Below are positions 47,568-57,748 of a DNA stretch of 64,000 nt, piece by piece. The number at the start of each line of letters is the position of its first letter. Positions within the stretch are counted from its first letter, which is position 1. A program made the position numbers and the translations under genes. Location of the stretch: contig JBKBYA010000011.1 of NCBI GenBank assembly GCA_046313635.1, forward strand, positions 52,835 through 116,834, given 5' to 3'. The DNA is from Pyrinomonadaceae bacterium. Its GTDB lineage: Bacteria; Acidobacteriota; Blastocatellia; Pyrinomonadales; Pyrinomonadaceae. Under the pieces are notes generated by a model. That model saw only the letters and a list, made by a program, of their open reading frames with translations, was not told where the DNA came from and made no database searches.

Positions 47568-48182
47568 CTAATTCACGGCCTTTGAGCTGAACTCCGCCTG
47601 CCGCAGATTCACCTGCGCGTAGAGCTCGGCGAGCGAGATCTTGATGCCGATCGAGTCGAGCGAGATGACGTCGTCGCGCTCGTTGTAGATCTTGTAGATC
47701 CACTGCTTGGCGTTCTGCTTGGCAAAGTGCTCGACGCGCATCTCGTCGGCCTTGATCTGCAGGCACTCTTTGATGCTCTCGAGCGCGAGGTAGGCCTCAA
47801 GCTTGCGGGCCTTTTCGGTCGTGTCGATGCCGGTCGAAAAGACCTCGAACACGATCGTCGGGTTTCGCAGCACGTCTGCGTTGGCGTCGGTAAAAGCGGG
47901 CTCGCCCGTGACGATGACGACGCTCGGGTAAGAGACGAGATCGTTCCGCAATTGGACGCACATCCCGTTAACGTAGATCTCGGCCCGGTTGCCCTGGATG
48001 CGGCTGCCGAGCGCGACGGCGGCGTTGGTCGCGATCAGATTATGCCAGCGGTTCGATCCGTGTTTCTGGCGGCTGCTGGTGCCGACAGCTTCCTGACGTT
48101 GAGGCGCGAGACGCTCTGCAGCGGCCGGGAATTTTTCAGGCGCGGCTTGTTTGGGTACATCTTTAAGCACTGGTTCGTTCAT
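47568..48182 (-). CDS. Uma2-family (DUF820) endonuclease-like protein, degenerate
   Basis: 'HNLIATN', 'YPSVVIV', 'NPTIVFEVFS' and 'LAELYAQV'. Confidence 0.8.
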   Translation of the reverse strand: MNEPVLKDVPKQAAPEKFPAAAERLAPQRQEAVGTSSRQKHGSNRWHNLIATNAAVALGSRIQGNRAEIYVNGMCVQLRNDLVSYPSVVIVTGEPAFTDANADVLRNPTIVFEVFSTGIDTTEKARKLEAYLALESIKECLQIKADEMRVEHFAKQNAKQWIYKIYNERDDVISLDSIGIKISLAELYAQVNLRQAEFSSKAVN

Positions 48183-48328
48183 ACAACACGACTCCTCTCC
48201 TGAGTTATTGCAATTCGGATTTATTGTGGATGCGGCTTGCAAAGCGTCCGGATACGCTTTGAGTGGGCAAATCTTGTCTGCGAAAATAGTGTGGCATACC
48301 GACCAAAGCATTTACAAACAAAACGCCT

Positions 48329-49351
48329 ATGAAACTCGCCGAAATCGCCGAGGCAACATCCGCCGTCATCGAACGCGGCAGCCCCGACCTCGAGATCACG
48401 TCAGCCGCCGGGCTCGACATCGCCGCCGGATCGGACGTCACCTTTCTCGCCAATCCGAAATACACGCCGCAGGTCAATCAGACAAAGGCCGGGGCGATCT
48501 TTCTCAGCGAAGGTGTGACGATCGAGCGTGAAGACATCGCGATCCTGCGGGTGCGGGATTCGTACGTCGCCTACACGCTCGCGCTGCGGCTTTTGTTCCC
48601 GGAACCTGAGATCGAGCCGTTCATCCATCCGAGCGCGGTGATCGACCCGACGGCAATGGTCGCCGATCCAGTCGAGATACACGCCAACGTCGTCATCGGC
48701 GCGGGCTGCGAGATCGGCGAGAATGTCCGCATTTATCCCAACGCGACGATCTATCGCGGCGTAAAGATCGGCCGCGGCACGACGATCCATTCGAGCGTTT
48801 CGATACGGGAGAATTGCGAGATCGGCGAGCGCTGCATCATTCAAAACAACTCGACCATCGGCTCGGACGGCTTCGGCTACGCCAAGACCGAGGACAAACG
48901 CTGGCTCAAGATACCGCAGGTCGGCCGCGTCGTGCTCGAGGACGACGTCGAGATCGGCGCGAACACCGCTGTCGATCGCGCCTCGGTCGGCGAATCGCGC
49001 ATCCGCCGCGGAGCAAAGATCGACAACCTCGTACAGATCGGCCACTCATGCACGGTCGGCGAAGATTCGCTCATCTGCGCGCAGACGGGCCTTGCGGGCA
49101 GCTCCGTCATCGGCGACCGCGTCATACTCGCCGGCCAGGTCGGCATCGCCGGGCATCTTAAGGTCGGCGACGACGCCGTCGTCACCGCGAAATCCGCGAC
49201 GAGCCACGACGTCGAGCCGGGCAAGGTGATCTCGGGCATTCCCGCCTTCGACAATCGCGAATGGCTCCGCTCGACCGCCGCCTTTCGCCGCCTGGGCGAG
49301 CTCGCCGCGAGAGTAAAGAAGCTGGAACGACAGTCAGAACCGCCTGCGTAA
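48329..49351 (+). CDS. lpxD: UDP-3-O-acyl-glucosamine N-acyltransferase
   Basis: Hexapeptide repeats, IGSDGFGY, KIPQVG and KIDNLVQIGH. Confidence 0.96.
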   Translation: MKLAEIAEATSAVIERGSPDLEITSAAGLDIAAGSDVTFLANPKYTPQVNQTKAGAIFLSEGVTIEREDIAILRVRDSYVAYTLALRLLFPEPEIEPFIHPSAVIDPTAMVADPVEIHANVVIGAGCEIGENVRIYPNATIYRGVKIGRGTTIHSSVSIRENCEIGERCIIQNNSTIGSDGFGYAKTEDKRWLKIPQVGRVVLEDDVEIGANTAVDRASVGESRIRRGAKIDNLVQIGHSCTVGEDSLICAQTGLAGSSVIGDRVILAGQVGIAGHLKVGDDAVVTAKSATSHDVEPGKVISGIPAFDNREWLRSTAAFRRLGELAARVKKLERQSEPPA

Positions 49352-49488
49352 GCGGGCGGGCCCTTCAAACTCGGAACCGGTCAGAACCGCCTGCGTGAGC
49401 GGGCGGCCAGTTTCTCGGCCTCTCGATACCTCAATCGGTCAGGCACAACCATCTAACTGGCCCGCCGCTAACGCAGCGGGTTCTGACC
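49333..49488. repeat. REP cluster (GTCAGAACCGCCTGCGT(A/G)AGCGGGCGG x2 direct + 1 inverted)
   Basis: Copies at 49333 and 49380, and an inverted copy ending at 49488. The first copy encodes the lpxD C-terminus and stop codon. Confidence 0.8.
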
Positions 49489-49520
49489 GATCTGGTAATC
49501 TTGATCCAGGAGTAACAACT

Positions 49521-49985
49521 ATGCAGCCCGAGACCAAACGAGTTATTTCAGAAGCCGGCTACGACATCACGCCGATCGACGACGCGACCCGCGAGCGGCT
49601 CGCGGAGGACCTGGATACCGAGGAGCGGCGCATCCTGCTCGATCACGGCACCGAGCCGCCTTTTTGCGGCACGCTGCTCGACAACAAACAGGAGGGCACG
49701 TACGCCTGCCGCCTGTGCGGGCTGCCGCTTTTCACGTCTAAGTACAAGTTTGAATCTGGAACTGGCTGGCCCTCGTTCTACGCGCCGTTCGATCGCGAGC
49801 ATCTGTCGTACATTCGCGACACGAGCTACGGGATGATCCGCACCGAGATCCGCTGCGCGCGCTGCGGCGGACATCAGGGCCACGTCTTCCCCGACGGCCC
49901 GCCGCCGACGGGCCAGCGTTACTGCCTGAACTCGGCGTCGCTGGAATTCTTTCCCGAGGGCGAGGAGATCCCTCAGAAGGGTTAA
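49521..49985 (+). CDS. msrB: peptide methionine sulfoxide reductase B
   Basis: GTEPPF, CRLC, SGTGWPSF, GHVFPDGP and RYCLNS; AGGAG RBS. Confidence 0.95.
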   Translation: MQPETKRVISEAGYDITPIDDATRERLAEDLDTEERRILLDHGTEPPFCGTLLDNKQEGTYACRLCGLPLFTSKYKFESGTGWPSFYAPFDREHLSYIRDTSYGMIRTEIRCARCGGHQGHVFPDGPPPTGQRYCLNSASLEFFPEGEEIPQKG

Positions 49986-50056
49986 AGAACGATCAGTATT
50001 CAAAACAAAAGGCGAGTCCGTGGTCTCGCCTTTCTTGTTAATCACCGCTCGGGCGA

Positions 50057-51421
50057 TCATTTCGCCGGCTTGAACCTCTCGTAGAGCTCCGTGTGACGGC
50101 TCGTGAGCGGGATCAGGCGGCCGTTGATGAAAACGTACCTGACATTCGTCCGCGGCTCGAGCAGGTCGCCGTCGGTGACGACGATATTGGCGATCTTGCC
50201 CGCTTCGATCGAGCCGAGCTTGTCGCCGAGCCCGAGGATCTGCGCCGGGTACAAGGTGACGGCTTTGAGCGCTTCGTCCTTGGCGAGGCCGTATGCGCCG
50301 GCGAGACCGGCATGGTACGGCAGATCGCGCGCTTCGGAGCCGTCGTTGCCGGACGAGATCGCAAATCGCACGCCCGCCTGCTGCAGCTTTGCCGGAGCCT
50401 CAAAGAGGTAATCGTACGGGTCGTCCTCGCGGACAGGCAGGTTGTAGATGTTGGTGTAGATGACGGCGATGTCGTTCTTTTTGAGCTCGTCGGCCGCCTT
50501 CCACGCTTCCTGCCCACCGACGACGACGCCCTTTACTTTTGTCTCGGAGACAAACTTGGCGACACCGCGAATGTCACGCTCGCGCTCGGCCATAAAAAAG
50601 ATCGGCTTCTTCCCGCGAACGTAAGGCACGAGCGCCTCGATGCGGATGTCGGTCGCGGGATACGGGATCGACTTGTCTTTGGCATAGGCCTCCTTAGCTC
50701 GGGCGTAATTTTCGACGCGTTCAAAGACCTTTTTGAGCTCGTCGAGCTGCGCGTCGCGGCGTTTTACGGCCTCGCCGAATTCGACCGTCTGCGGCCCGAC
50801 GCCGGGCGTAAAGCCGGCAAATAAAGTTATCCGCGGAAAGTTGATAACGAGCCCCGCCTCGGGCACGAGCGCCATCTCGTCCTGCGAAGCGCCGTTGAGA
50901 TTGATGACCGCCGCCTGGCCCGCGATCAGGCCGCCGGCGGGCATCGACATCGCGGTCGTGATGCCGTTGACGCGCGTCACGTTGATGTGCGACGAAAACG
51001 GGTTGATGCCCTTGATCGCCTTGGCGTTCGCGTTGAGCGTGCCGGTCTCGGCGACGTCGACCGACGCAGGTACGCCGAGCGGGATCTCGGCGAGACCGAT
51101 ATGCGTCGCCGAATCGATCATTCCCGGATAGACCGAAAGACCGCGTCCCTCGATCCGCTCGGCGCCGGCGGGCACCGAAACGTTTTGCCCGACCGCCGCG
51201 ATCCTGCCGTTTTGAATGACGACCGTCCCGTTCTCTATCACCGCGCCCGACACCGTGACAACGCGTGCGCCGACGATCGCGAAGGTGCCCGGCCGGCCCG
51301 TCAGATTCTGCTGCGAGCCGTCGCTCTGGGCGGTCGCTGCCATCGAAACAAAGACGAGCAGCGTGAGCACCGCAACCGTCTTCTCAATCGAAAATCGCAA
51401 ATCTAAGATCGCAGATCTCAT
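50057..51421 (-). CDS. secreted amidohydrolase-family protein (degenerate metal site)
   Basis: 'VYPGMIDSATH' and 'GSIEAGKIANIVV'. Confidence 0.85.
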   Translation of the reverse strand: MRSAILDLRFSIEKTVAVLTLLVFVSMAATAQSDGSQQNLTGRPGTFAIVGARVVTVSGAVIENGTVVIQNGRIAAVGQNVSVPAGAERIEGRGLSVYPGMIDSATHIGLAEIPLGVPASVDVAETGTLNANAKAIKGINPFSSHINVTRVNGITTAMSMPAGGLIAGQAAVINLNGASQDEMALVPEAGLVINFPRITLFAGFTPGVGPQTVEFGEAVKRRDAQLDELKKVFERVENYARAKEAYAKDKSIPYPATDIRIEALVPYVRGKKPIFFMAERERDIRGVAKFVSETKVKGVVVGGQEAWKAADELKKNDIAVIYTNIYNLPVREDDPYDYLFEAPAKLQQAGVRFAISSGNDGSEARDLPYHAGLAGAYGLAKDEALKAVTLYPAQILGLGDKLGSIEAGKIANIVVTDGDLLEPRTNVRYVFINGRLIPLTSRHTELYERFKPAK

Positions 51422-52830
51422 CGGTTCCCTCCATCGCCGAATTCGGCATCGTCGCGCTCCTCGCGTCGGCGCTCCGACGGTATCGCGGGCTGCGTTCCGC
51501 CTGCGGCCGGAGCCTTGTTGACGTCGAGCTTCTCGAGCTCTTCGCGTTCCTTGGCAAGCTCGGCACGCTTGGCGATATCCGCCGCTCGATCAAAATAAAC
51601 GACGCCCTCGATCATCGTCGTTTCAGGTCGCGAGTACACGCTGAAAGGATGTGCGTTCCAGATCACGATGTCCGCGTCCTTACCGACCTCGATCGAGCCC
51701 GTCCGCTTGTCGATGCCGAGCTGTTTGGCCGGATTGAGCGTGATCATCTTGAGCGCCTCCTCCTCGGGCACGCCGCCGTACTTCATCACCTTCGCCGCGT
51801 CGAGATTGAGCCGCCGCATCCGCTCGTCCGAGTCGGAGTTGATCGAGACGTTCACGCCGTTCTTCCACATAATGTAGGCGTTGTACGGTATCGCGTCGTA
51901 GGCCTCGAGCTTGTAGCTCCAGCTGTCGACGAAGATCGACGCGCCGGTGCCGCGTTTGGCGAGCTCCGGAGCGATCTTGTACGCCTCGAGCGCGTGCTGC
52001 AGGGTCGCGACTCGAAAGCCGAATTCGTCGGCGAGCTTCAGCAGATTCAAATGCTCATCCGAGCGATAGCCGTGCGCGTGAACGAGCCGCTTGCCCTCGA
52101 GGATCTCGACGATCGGCTCGAGCTCAAGATCGCGGCGCGGCTCGACCTTTGTCTTTCCCGCACGGAAGTCGGCCCACGCCTGCTTGTAATCGCGTGCCCG
52201 CAAAAAGGCGTCGCGGATCGTCTCGATCACGCCCATACGCGTCTGCGGGTACCGCAGCGTCTGGCCGGGCAGCGCTCGCTGGTTGGTACGCTTCGGGTTC
52301 TCGCCCATCGCAAACTTTATCCCCGGCGGCGCGTCGGGAATCAGAAATTCAGCGACAGGCCTGCCGTATTTGAATTTCACCGTCGCGTTTTGCCCGCCGA
52401 TCGAGTTGGCCGACCCGTGCAGCAGGTTTGCCGTCGTGACGCCGCCGGCGAGAGCTCGATAGATCGCAATGTCCTCCGGATCGAGCACGTCCCTGACGGC
52501 CGTCATCGAGGTCACCGAATAGGTTCCCTCGTTGATGTCGTCGAGCATCGTGTGCGAATGGCAGTCGATGATGCCCGGCGTGACAAACTTGCCGGTCGCG
52601 TCGATCACCTTGGCGTCGGCGCCGGCCTTTAGGTTCTTGCCGATGCGGGCGATCTTGCCGTTCTGGATGAGAATGTCGGTCGCCTCGAGCGTCCCGCGGA
52701 CGGCGGTCAGCACGGTCGCGTTCTTGATGAGCACGTCGCCGCGCGCCGGCTGCTGCGCGAGTACCGCCGAATTGACGAGCGGAGCGAGCAGCAGCGAGGC
52801 GGCGAGGATGTAAGCTTTGAGCTTTTTCAT
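51418..52830 (-). CDS. secreted amidohydrolase-family protein (intact HxH)
   Basis: 'TPGIIDCHSH', 'KFAMGENPK', 'HAHGYR' and 'INSD'. Confidence 0.9.
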   Translation of the reverse strand: MKKLKAYILAASLLLAPLVNSAVLAQQPARGDVLIKNATVLTAVRGTLEATDILIQNGKIARIGKNLKAGADAKVIDATGKFVTPGIIDCHSHTMLDDINEGTYSVTSMTAVRDVLDPEDIAIYRALAGGVTTANLLHGSANSIGGQNATVKFKYGRPVAEFLIPDAPPGIKFAMGENPKRTNQRALPGQTLRYPQTRMGVIETIRDAFLRARDYKQAWADFRAGKTKVEPRRDLELEPIVEILEGKRLVHAHGYRSDEHLNLLKLADEFGFRVATLQHALEAYKIAPELAKRGTGASIFVDSWSYKLEAYDAIPYNAYIMWKNGVNVSINSDSDERMRRLNLDAAKVMKYGGVPEEEALKMITLNPAKQLGIDKRTGSIEVGKDADIVIWNAHPFSVYSRPETTMIEGVVYFDRAADIAKRAELAKEREELEKLDVNKAPAAGGTQPAIPSERRREERDDAEFGDGGNR

Positions 52831-52853
52831 AGCGTTATCTTATTTATCTGTCC

Positions 52854-54527
52854 TTACGGATTCCTGGTTCCCGCAAACGGCACGACGCCCTGCGGCGAGT
52901 CGATCGTGCCGCTGATCTCGTTGCCTGTCACCTTGCCCGCGACCTTGATCTCGATGACCGAGCCGCCGAATTCGACCGTTGCGGAAAAAGTGAATCCGTC
53001 GGCCGTGGCCCTGCCGTCCTTGATCTGCGTCGTGCCGAGCGGCGACTGCAATGTGCCGGTGACGATCGCTGCCTGCTGGATCAGGTTCAGCGTGCCCTGC
53101 AGCGGCTGGCCCGGAATGTCGATCGTGATCGCAAAGCTGCCGCCGACATTTGCGATGCCGGTATTGTCGGGCGACGCTGCGCGGCCGCCGTTCGGAGCGT
53201 CGCGTTTCGGCGGCTCCTTCATCTCAAACATCCGTCCGTCGACAAAGACGCGCGACACGAAGCGGTTCTTCGCAAACAGGTCGCCCTTCACCACCGCGAT
53301 ATTCGCGATCTTGCCGGTCTCGATCGAGCCTAGACGGTCGTCGACGCCGAGTATCTCGGCCGACCCGAGCGTCATCGCACGAACGGCCGCGTCCCTGCTC
53401 AAACCGTTCTCGACCGCCTTGCCTGCGTTCGCAAAAAAGTCGGCGATCGAGCGTGCACCATCGGATTGAAAAGCGAATCTGACGCCTGCCTGCGCGAGCC
53501 GCGCGGCGTTCTTTGGAACTTCGGCCCGCAGACGCAGCACGTCGAGCGGCTCGGGATCGGCGTCGGCCGAGGCCGAGGTCGTGCGTTTCGGAAAGTTAAG
53601 CGACAGCAGCACGGGCACGTCCTGCGCCTTTAGCCGGTCGGCGACCTTCCACGCTTCCTGACCGCCGGCGATGATCGCCCGCAGGTCGAATTCTTTTGCA
53701 AGGTCGAGAGCTCGGATGATCTCCTTTTCAGATTGCGCGTTAAAAACTATCGGCATCTGGCGGTCGATCACCGGATACAGGGCCTCGAGCGATCTGTCGA
53801 CCGGCGGACGCGGCAGACCGCGCGGGTCGGCGGCGTACTGCTTCTCAAGCCTCTGCAGCCTGCGGGCGTCGAGTAGCATCTGGCGAAACGCCGAGAACGT
53901 GCCGAGCAGCGAGCCGGGATACTGGCCGCCGCCGATCGTCCTGAACGAGAAGTGCATCGCGAAGGGAGCCTTGACGACGATCGCCGACGCCGAGTCGCCC
54001 GCAAGATTGATCAACGCCGATCGGCCGTTGAAGATGCCCGTCCGGCCGACCGTGAGAGCGCTCGTAAAACCCGCGCCCCGTGCCGACTCAAACTGCGCGT
54101 CGCCGGCCCGCAGCTCGTCGAATGCAGACTCCTCGGGACGCAGCCCGGCGGGATAATTCGAGTTCGATGCCGGCTGCTGCTGAGCCTGCTGCGCCGGCTG
54201 AGACGCCGTCGCCGCTCCGCCCGCGGGCCGCGGCGTCTGCTGAGACTGCAGGCCCAAATTCGTCAACGCGTCGATAAATCCCGGATAGACGGTCATTCCG
54301 GTCGCGTCGATGACCTGCGCGTCGGCCGGGGCCGAGACGTTCGCCCCGACGGCGTCGATCAGACCGTTGCGGATGACGATCGTTCCCTTTTCGATTACCG
54401 GGCCCGAGACCGTGACGATCCTCGCGTTTGTGATCGCGTATGTCTGATTCGGCTGCTGCGCCGCGATACGGCCGTGCGCGCACAGAAAAAGCGCGGCCGC
54501 AAAAAGCAGAATTAGCTTGGTTTTCAT
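52854..54527 (-). CDS. secreted amidohydrolase-family protein with extra C-terminal beta domain (degenerate metal site)
   Basis: Signal peptide from MKTKLILL, '[10 protein letters not shown]' and 'YPGSLLG'. Confidence 0.85.
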   Translation of the reverse strand: MKTKLILLFAAALFLCAHGRIAAQQPNQTYAITNARIVTVSGPVIEKGTIVIRNGLIDAVGANVSAPADAQVIDATGMTVYPGFIDALTNLGLQSQQTPRPAGGAATASQPAQQAQQQPASNSNYPAGLRPEESAFDELRAGDAQFESARGAGFTSALTVGRTGIFNGRSALINLAGDSASAIVVKAPFAMHFSFRTIGGGQYPGSLLGTFSAFRQMLLDARRLQRLEKQYAADPRGLPRPPVDRSLEALYPVIDRQMPIVFNAQSEKEIIRALDLAKEFDLRAIIAGGQEAWKVADRLKAQDVPVLLSLNFPKRTTSASADADPEPLDVLRLRAEVPKNAARLAQAGVRFAFQSDGARSIADFFANAGKAVENGLSRDAAVRAMTLGSAEILGVDDRLGSIETGKIANIAVVKGDLFAKNRFVSRVFVDGRMFEMKEPPKRDAPNGGRAASPDNTGIANVGGSFAITIDIPGQPLQGTLNLIQQAAIVTGTLQSPLGTTQIKDGRATADGFTFSATVEFGGSVIEIKVAGKVTGNEISGTIDSPQGVVPFAGTRNP

Positions 54528-54617
54528 AGGTGTTGCCGAGTTGAATTGCCAGACTGCAAGTCGTGAGTTTACGCAGAGAATAAACGAAAAGTTGCGCAAG
54601 GACAAAAAGCGGAAGAT

Positions 54618-54751
54618 CGAATGGAGAATGTCGAGTGTCGAATGTCGAATCGCCAACGGCGACCTTCTGGAATTTGGAATTTGGAATTTGGAATCTGGAA
54701 TTTGGAATCTGGAATCTGGAATTCGAAATTCGATATTCGACATTCTAAATT
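54618..54751. repeat. heptamer arrays: (GAATGTC)n - (TGGAATY)8 - (CGACATT-like)n
   Basis: Eight TGGAATT/C units at 54668-54723, flanked by mutually complementary heptamer blocks. Confidence 0.9.
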
Positions 54752-54785
54752 CCCTCCTCTCCGCTCTCGCTGTAAACTTGGACTT

Positions 54786-55223
54786 ATGGGAGCGACGGTT
54801 TTGTTCGATGGCGTGTGCAACGTTTGCGACGCTTCGGTGAATTTCATCATCGAGCACGACCCCGAAGGCTATTTCAAATTCGCTCCGCTGCAGTCAGACG
54901 AGGGCCGGAGGCTCGCAAGCGAATTCGGCTTTGAATCGGCGACGGCGACACGCCCAAACGGTGGCGAGCCGCCCGATCTGATCCCGATCAATTCGGTCAT
55001 CCTCATCGAGAATGGCCGGGCATACACGCACTCGAGCGCCGCGCTTGAGATACTGCGCCGGCTCGGGCTGCCGTGGTCTCTGCTGTACGCCTTCGTCGTC
55101 GTGCCGCGGCCGATCAGGGACTGGTTCTATAAATTGTTTGCGAGATACCGATATCGATTCTTCGGCAAAAAGGACCAGTGCATGCTGCCGACGCCCGAAG
55201 TGCGTTCGAGATTCCTCGCCTAG
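54786..55223 (+). CDS. DCC-family thiol-disulfide oxidoreductase
   Basis: FDGVCNVC, FAPLQS and 'RYRFFGKKDQC'. Confidence 0.92.
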   Translation: MGATVLFDGVCNVCDASVNFIIEHDPEGYFKFAPLQSDEGRRLASEFGFESATATRPNGGEPPDLIPINSVILIENGRAYTHSSAALEILRRLGLPWSLLYAFVVVPRPIRDWFYKLFARYRYRFFGKKDQCMLPTPEVRSRFLA

Positions 55224-55253
55224 CGCGCGATCACAGAAGAGGTAATTTAGACG

Positions 55254-57728
55254 TTGAGCTACTCGCTTGAGACATTGGAATTCGGCCGGCTGCTCGAGCT
55301 CGTGGGCCGCGGCGCGGCGACGCCGATGGGCCGCGCCAAGATCGAGGCGACGATGCCGTTTGAGAGTCGCCGGCATCTCGACCGCGCACTTCGCGCGATC
55401 GCAGAGACGATCTCACTGAACGAGGAAAAGCAGGTCTCGTGGTCATTCAGCGGGCTCGAAGACCCAGCCGACGCGCTGGCCGTGCTGAGGATCAAGAACG
55501 CGACGCTCGAGCCCCAGCTTCTCCTCGAGGTCGCCCGCGTCTGCAGCCAGGCACTGTTTGCCCGCTCGTCTCTGCAGCCCGAAAAGGAATTTGCGCCGAC
55601 GCTCTGGAGCATCGTCGAGGATCTGCCGCCGACGCTCTTTGCGGCGCTCGAAAAGATAAACAAAAAGCTCCTGCCCGGCGGCGAGATCGACGACTCGGCC
55701 TCGCCCGAGCTGGCGCGCATCCGGCGCGAGATAAACGCCCAGCGGCAAAGGCTGACAAAGACGCTCGAGGGCGTAATGCGGTCGGCCGGCAACGCGATCC
55801 AGGACGAGCTCGTGACCGTGCGCAACGATCGGTTTGTGATCCCGGTCAAAGCGGACTTTCGCGGCAAGGTCGGCGGCGTCGCGCACGGCTTTTCGGGCTC
55901 GGGAGCGACCGTCTTTGTCGAGCCGCTCGAGGCGATCGAGGCGAACAACGAGCTGCAGGGCCTCAAGGAAAAAGAAGAGCGCGAGATCGCACGCATCCTC
56001 GCCGACCTGACCGAGGAATTGCGCGAGCAGCTACCGGCGGTGGAGGCTGCGGTCGAGGCGGTCGCCGAGCTCGACGCGATCAAGACAAAGGTCGAATTCG
56101 CCCGCCGCTTCAAGGCCGTCGTGCCGGAGATCTCCGAGGACGAGACGCTGGAATTCGTCGACGCGAGACATCCTTTGCTGGAAGAGAACCTCCGGCTATC
56201 AGCTAACAGCTCACAGCTGTCAGCTAATAGCCAAGATTTCGGCAAAGCCTCTCGCGAGATCGTGCCGTCCAGCTTCACTCTCACCAAAGATCGTTCGGTA
56301 ATGATCATCTCGGGCGCCAACGCGGGCGGTAAGACGGTGGTGCTCAAGACCGCCGGACTGCTGAGCCTGATGGCGATCTCGGGCCTGCCGGTACCGGCGC
56401 GGGCGGCGCGAATTCCCTTTTATCGCTCGGTGCTGGCCGACATCGGCGACCATCAATCGCTGTCGGCAAATCTATCGACATTCTCGTCGCATATGTCGAA
56501 TATCGCCTCGATGATGCGTGAGTGCCGGTCGCCCTCGCTCGTGCTGCTCGACGAGGCCGGCACGGGCACAGACCCCGACGAAGGCTCGGCGCTCGGTGTC
56601 GCGATCGTCGATCACTTTCGCCGCGAGTGCGGCTCGCAGGTCATCGCGTCGACGCACTATCGCGGGCTTAAGGTCTATGCCGCGACCGACCCGACGGTCG
56701 TCAATGCGTCGGTAGAATTTGATGAGAAGACATTGCAGCCGACCTATCGCCTGCTGCTCGGGCTCGCCGGCGCGTCTTCCGGCATCGAGATCGCACGCCG
56801 CTTCGGCATCGAACCGCGGGTGATCGACGCCGCCCGCCAAAATCTCGACGTCGCCGCGCAAGAAGCCGAGAATTATCTTCAAAAACTCCAGACCGAGACC
56901 CGCGCCGCCGAAGACCTCAGAAAAGCTCTCGAAGAAGAACGCGAGGCGGTAGCGATGAAGTACGCCACGCTCGAGATCGAGGCGGGCAAAAAGGAAAAGC
57001 AGCGCCAGCGTGAATTTGAACGCGAGCTCGCCCAGGCGATCGACGAGTTTGACCGGCAGTCAAAAGCCTTTGTAAAAACGATCGAGGACAAGGCCCTCAA
57101 AAACCGCCTCGAGAAAGAACGCGACGCCCGCAAGGCCGAGCTCAAGCGAAACATCGCGACGAAGATGACCGACACTGCGACGCGCAGGCGCGGAGACATG
57201 GTGGCCGGCAGCCCTGCAGAAATACGACCGTCAGGGAGCGTGCCACAAGCCGATGGTCCGATCGTGGTCGGCTCGCGCGTCGTCACGCCGTTCGGCAACG
57301 TCGGAACGGTCGAAAAGATGGACAAGGATGTCGCCGAGGTACTCGTCGGAGGCCTGCGGCTGCGCGAGCGAATTTCGAATCTGCATCTCGCCGCGTCAAC
57401 CGACGCCGACCACAAACAGTCGCGCGCCGAGAAGCTTCAAAAACAGGCCGCGGGCTCGACGCTCCGGCCCGAGAATGCGGACGCCGTCGCCGAGCTCAAC
57501 CTCATCGGCAAGACCACCGCCGACGCCGACTACGAGCTCGACCGCTTCATCGACGAAGCCTATATGGCTCAGCTCCCGAGAGTGCGTATAATACACGGCT
57601 ACGGAACCGGCGCTTTGAAGAACTTTGTTCATCACTTTTTAAAGAATCACGACCTGATCGAAAAATTTGAATTCGCCCCGCCAGACCAAGGCGGCAACGG
57701 CGCGACGATCGCCAATCTGAAGTCGTAG
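55254..57728 (+). CDS. mutS2: endonuclease MutS2
   Basis: SGANAGGKT, DIGD.QS..NLSTFS, LLDEAGTGTDP and C-terminal Smr 'IIHGYGTG'. Confidence 0.95.
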   Translation: MSYSLETLEFGRLLELVGRGAATPMGRAKIEATMPFESRRHLDRALRAIAETISLNEEKQVSWSFSGLEDPADALAVLRIKNATLEPQLLLEVARVCSQALFARSSLQPEKEFAPTLWSIVEDLPPTLFAALEKINKKLLPGGEIDDSASPELARIRREINAQRQRLTKTLEGVMRSAGNAIQDELVTVRNDRFVIPVKADFRGKVGGVAHGFSGSGATVFVEPLEAIEANNELQGLKEKEEREIARILADLTEELREQLPAVEAAVEAVAELDAIKTKVEFARRFKAVVPEISEDETLEFVDARHPLLEENLRLSANSSQLSANSQDFGKASREIVPSSFTLTKDRSVMIISGANAGGKTVVLKTAGLLSLMAISGLPVPARAARIPFYRSVLADIGDHQSLSANLSTFSSHMSNIASMMRECRSPSLVLLDEAGTGTDPDEGSALGVAIVDHFRRECGSQVIASTHYRGLKVYAATDPTVVNASVEFDEKTLQPTYRLLLGLAGASSGIEIARRFGIEPRVIDAARQNLDVAAQEAENYLQKLQTETRAAEDLRKALEEEREAVAMKYATLEIEAGKKEKQRQREFERELAQAIDEFDRQSKAFVKTIEDKALKNRLEKERDARKAELKRNIATKMTDTATRRRGDMVAGSPAEIRPSGSVPQADGPIVVGSRVVTPFGNVGTVEKMDKDVAEVLVGGLRLRERISNLHLAASTDADHKQSRAEKLQKQAAGSTLRPENADAVAELNLIGKTTADADYELDRFIDEAYMAQLPRVRIIHGYGTGALKNFVHHFLKNHDLIEKFEFAPPDQGGNGATIANLKS

Positions 57729-57748
57729 ACCGGCGAATCGCCTTTCGG

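Noticed and set aside
54528..54857. Long N-terminal extensions and ORFs with FQIPDS/GIWNLE repeats
   Set aside because: These are translation artefacts of stop-free heptamer arrays. The real starts are 54527 (minus) and 54786 (plus).
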